DNA from: Octopus bimaculoides
Taxonomy: Eukaryota
Direction of reading: 5' to 3'
Assembly: GCF_001194135.2 (NCBI RefSeq)
Contig: NC_069007.1
Location: 11,493,691 to 11,557,690, forward strand
Length of the DNA stretch: 64,000 nt
Below the pieces are notes generated by a model. The model was not told where the DNA came from. It was given only the letters and a program-made list of their open reading frames with translations, and made no database searches. Shown one piece after another: positions 63,131 to 64,000 of this stretch. The position numbers and the translations under genes are program-made. Positions within the stretch are counted from its first letter, which is position 1. Each line of letters begins with the position of its first letter.

Positions 63131-63310
63131 TAAAAAGACAGAATGGTCAAGGCTGGAATGTCTGAGATCAGGTATATCTAACTTCTTGGCTACCTACGTG
63201 CTTCATATGGTCCACAGATATGCCATGAGTTTTCTGCAGCCAGTTACCAAAGGAGAGGCTATTGCAATGTTTATATTGCATTATATCAGTGTGTGTGTGT
63301 CTTTTTTGGT

Positions 63311-63468
63311 TGCAACAGATGTCACAGTTGCAACAGATGTCACAGATGCAAAACATGTCACAGATGCCACCGCTGCAACAGATGTCACAGATGCAACAGG
63401 TGTTACAAAAGCAACAGATGTCACAAATGCTACAGCTGCAACAGATGTCACAGCTGCAACAGATGCAC
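63311..63468. repeat. 9/18-bp minisatellite (GCAACAGAT-GTCACAGAT)
   Basis: About 17 nine-base units. Confidence 0.9.
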
Positions 63469-64000
63469 CCATTTCAGTTTTGAAGATAGTTTTAACTATT
63501 ATTCTTTTCCTTGTTTCAGTCATTAGACTGCAGTCATGCTGGTGCACTGCTTTGAAGAATTTTTAATTGAACAAGCCTGGTACTTAATCTATTGGTCTCT
63601 TTTTGCTAAGAACCGCTAAGTTACAGGGATATAAGCAAACCAACACCAGCTGTCAAGTGGTGGTGGAGGACAAACACAAAGACGCACACACATATATCCG
63701 GCACGTGCCGCCAGTAATTACTCAGGGTAGGCATCTGGTGACCTTTATGTAGTAAAACGCACAAAAATACAACTGTTGAAGGCAGATTTATTTCTGCCTT
63801 TACAGCATGTAAAGAAAACGGTGCTGTAGGAATGTACGCAGCACGTGTACTACAGCACTAGTGTGCATAACTTAAATACTGAGATTGAAAGGCAGGGGTG
63901 AATTATGCCTAGCTAATCTATCAAAAAAATAGAATATTTTGTATTTTATGCATTATAATCAGAGTAACCTTGATAATTTTATTGAATGAGGTGCATATTT

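Overview
AT-rich, microsatellite-dense eukaryotic genomic DNA with about ten N gaps. The repeat families suggest a coleoid cephalopod, probably Octopus; this is an inference and no search was run. One well-supported coding feature is present: a ~330-codon 3' terminal exon (1430-2416, +) encoding a basic, disordered, PKA-site-rich tail of an unidentified protein. A few weak exon candidates lie at ~18.2, ~20.7 and ~31-32 kb. The rest is at least four tRNA-headed SINE families, LINE relics (CR1/L2, R4/Dong-like, RTE, Penelope-like, a zinc-knuckle ORF1), piggyBac-type and mariner MITEs, and simple repeats. Most ORFs in the track are microsatellite or gap artefacts. The most interesting signal is a set of head-to-head palindromic elements carrying minimal type-I hammerhead ribozyme motifs. 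One family joins a Pol III tRNA-like head to a hammerhead-bearing, Penelope-pLTR-like body (12655-13559 and 49656-49963). A ~940-bp palindrome (14320-15256) carries a decayed hammerhead in each arm, and a lone hammerhead-like motif sits at ~53400. A decayed Penelope-like RT at ~7.6 kb is a possible partner lineage.
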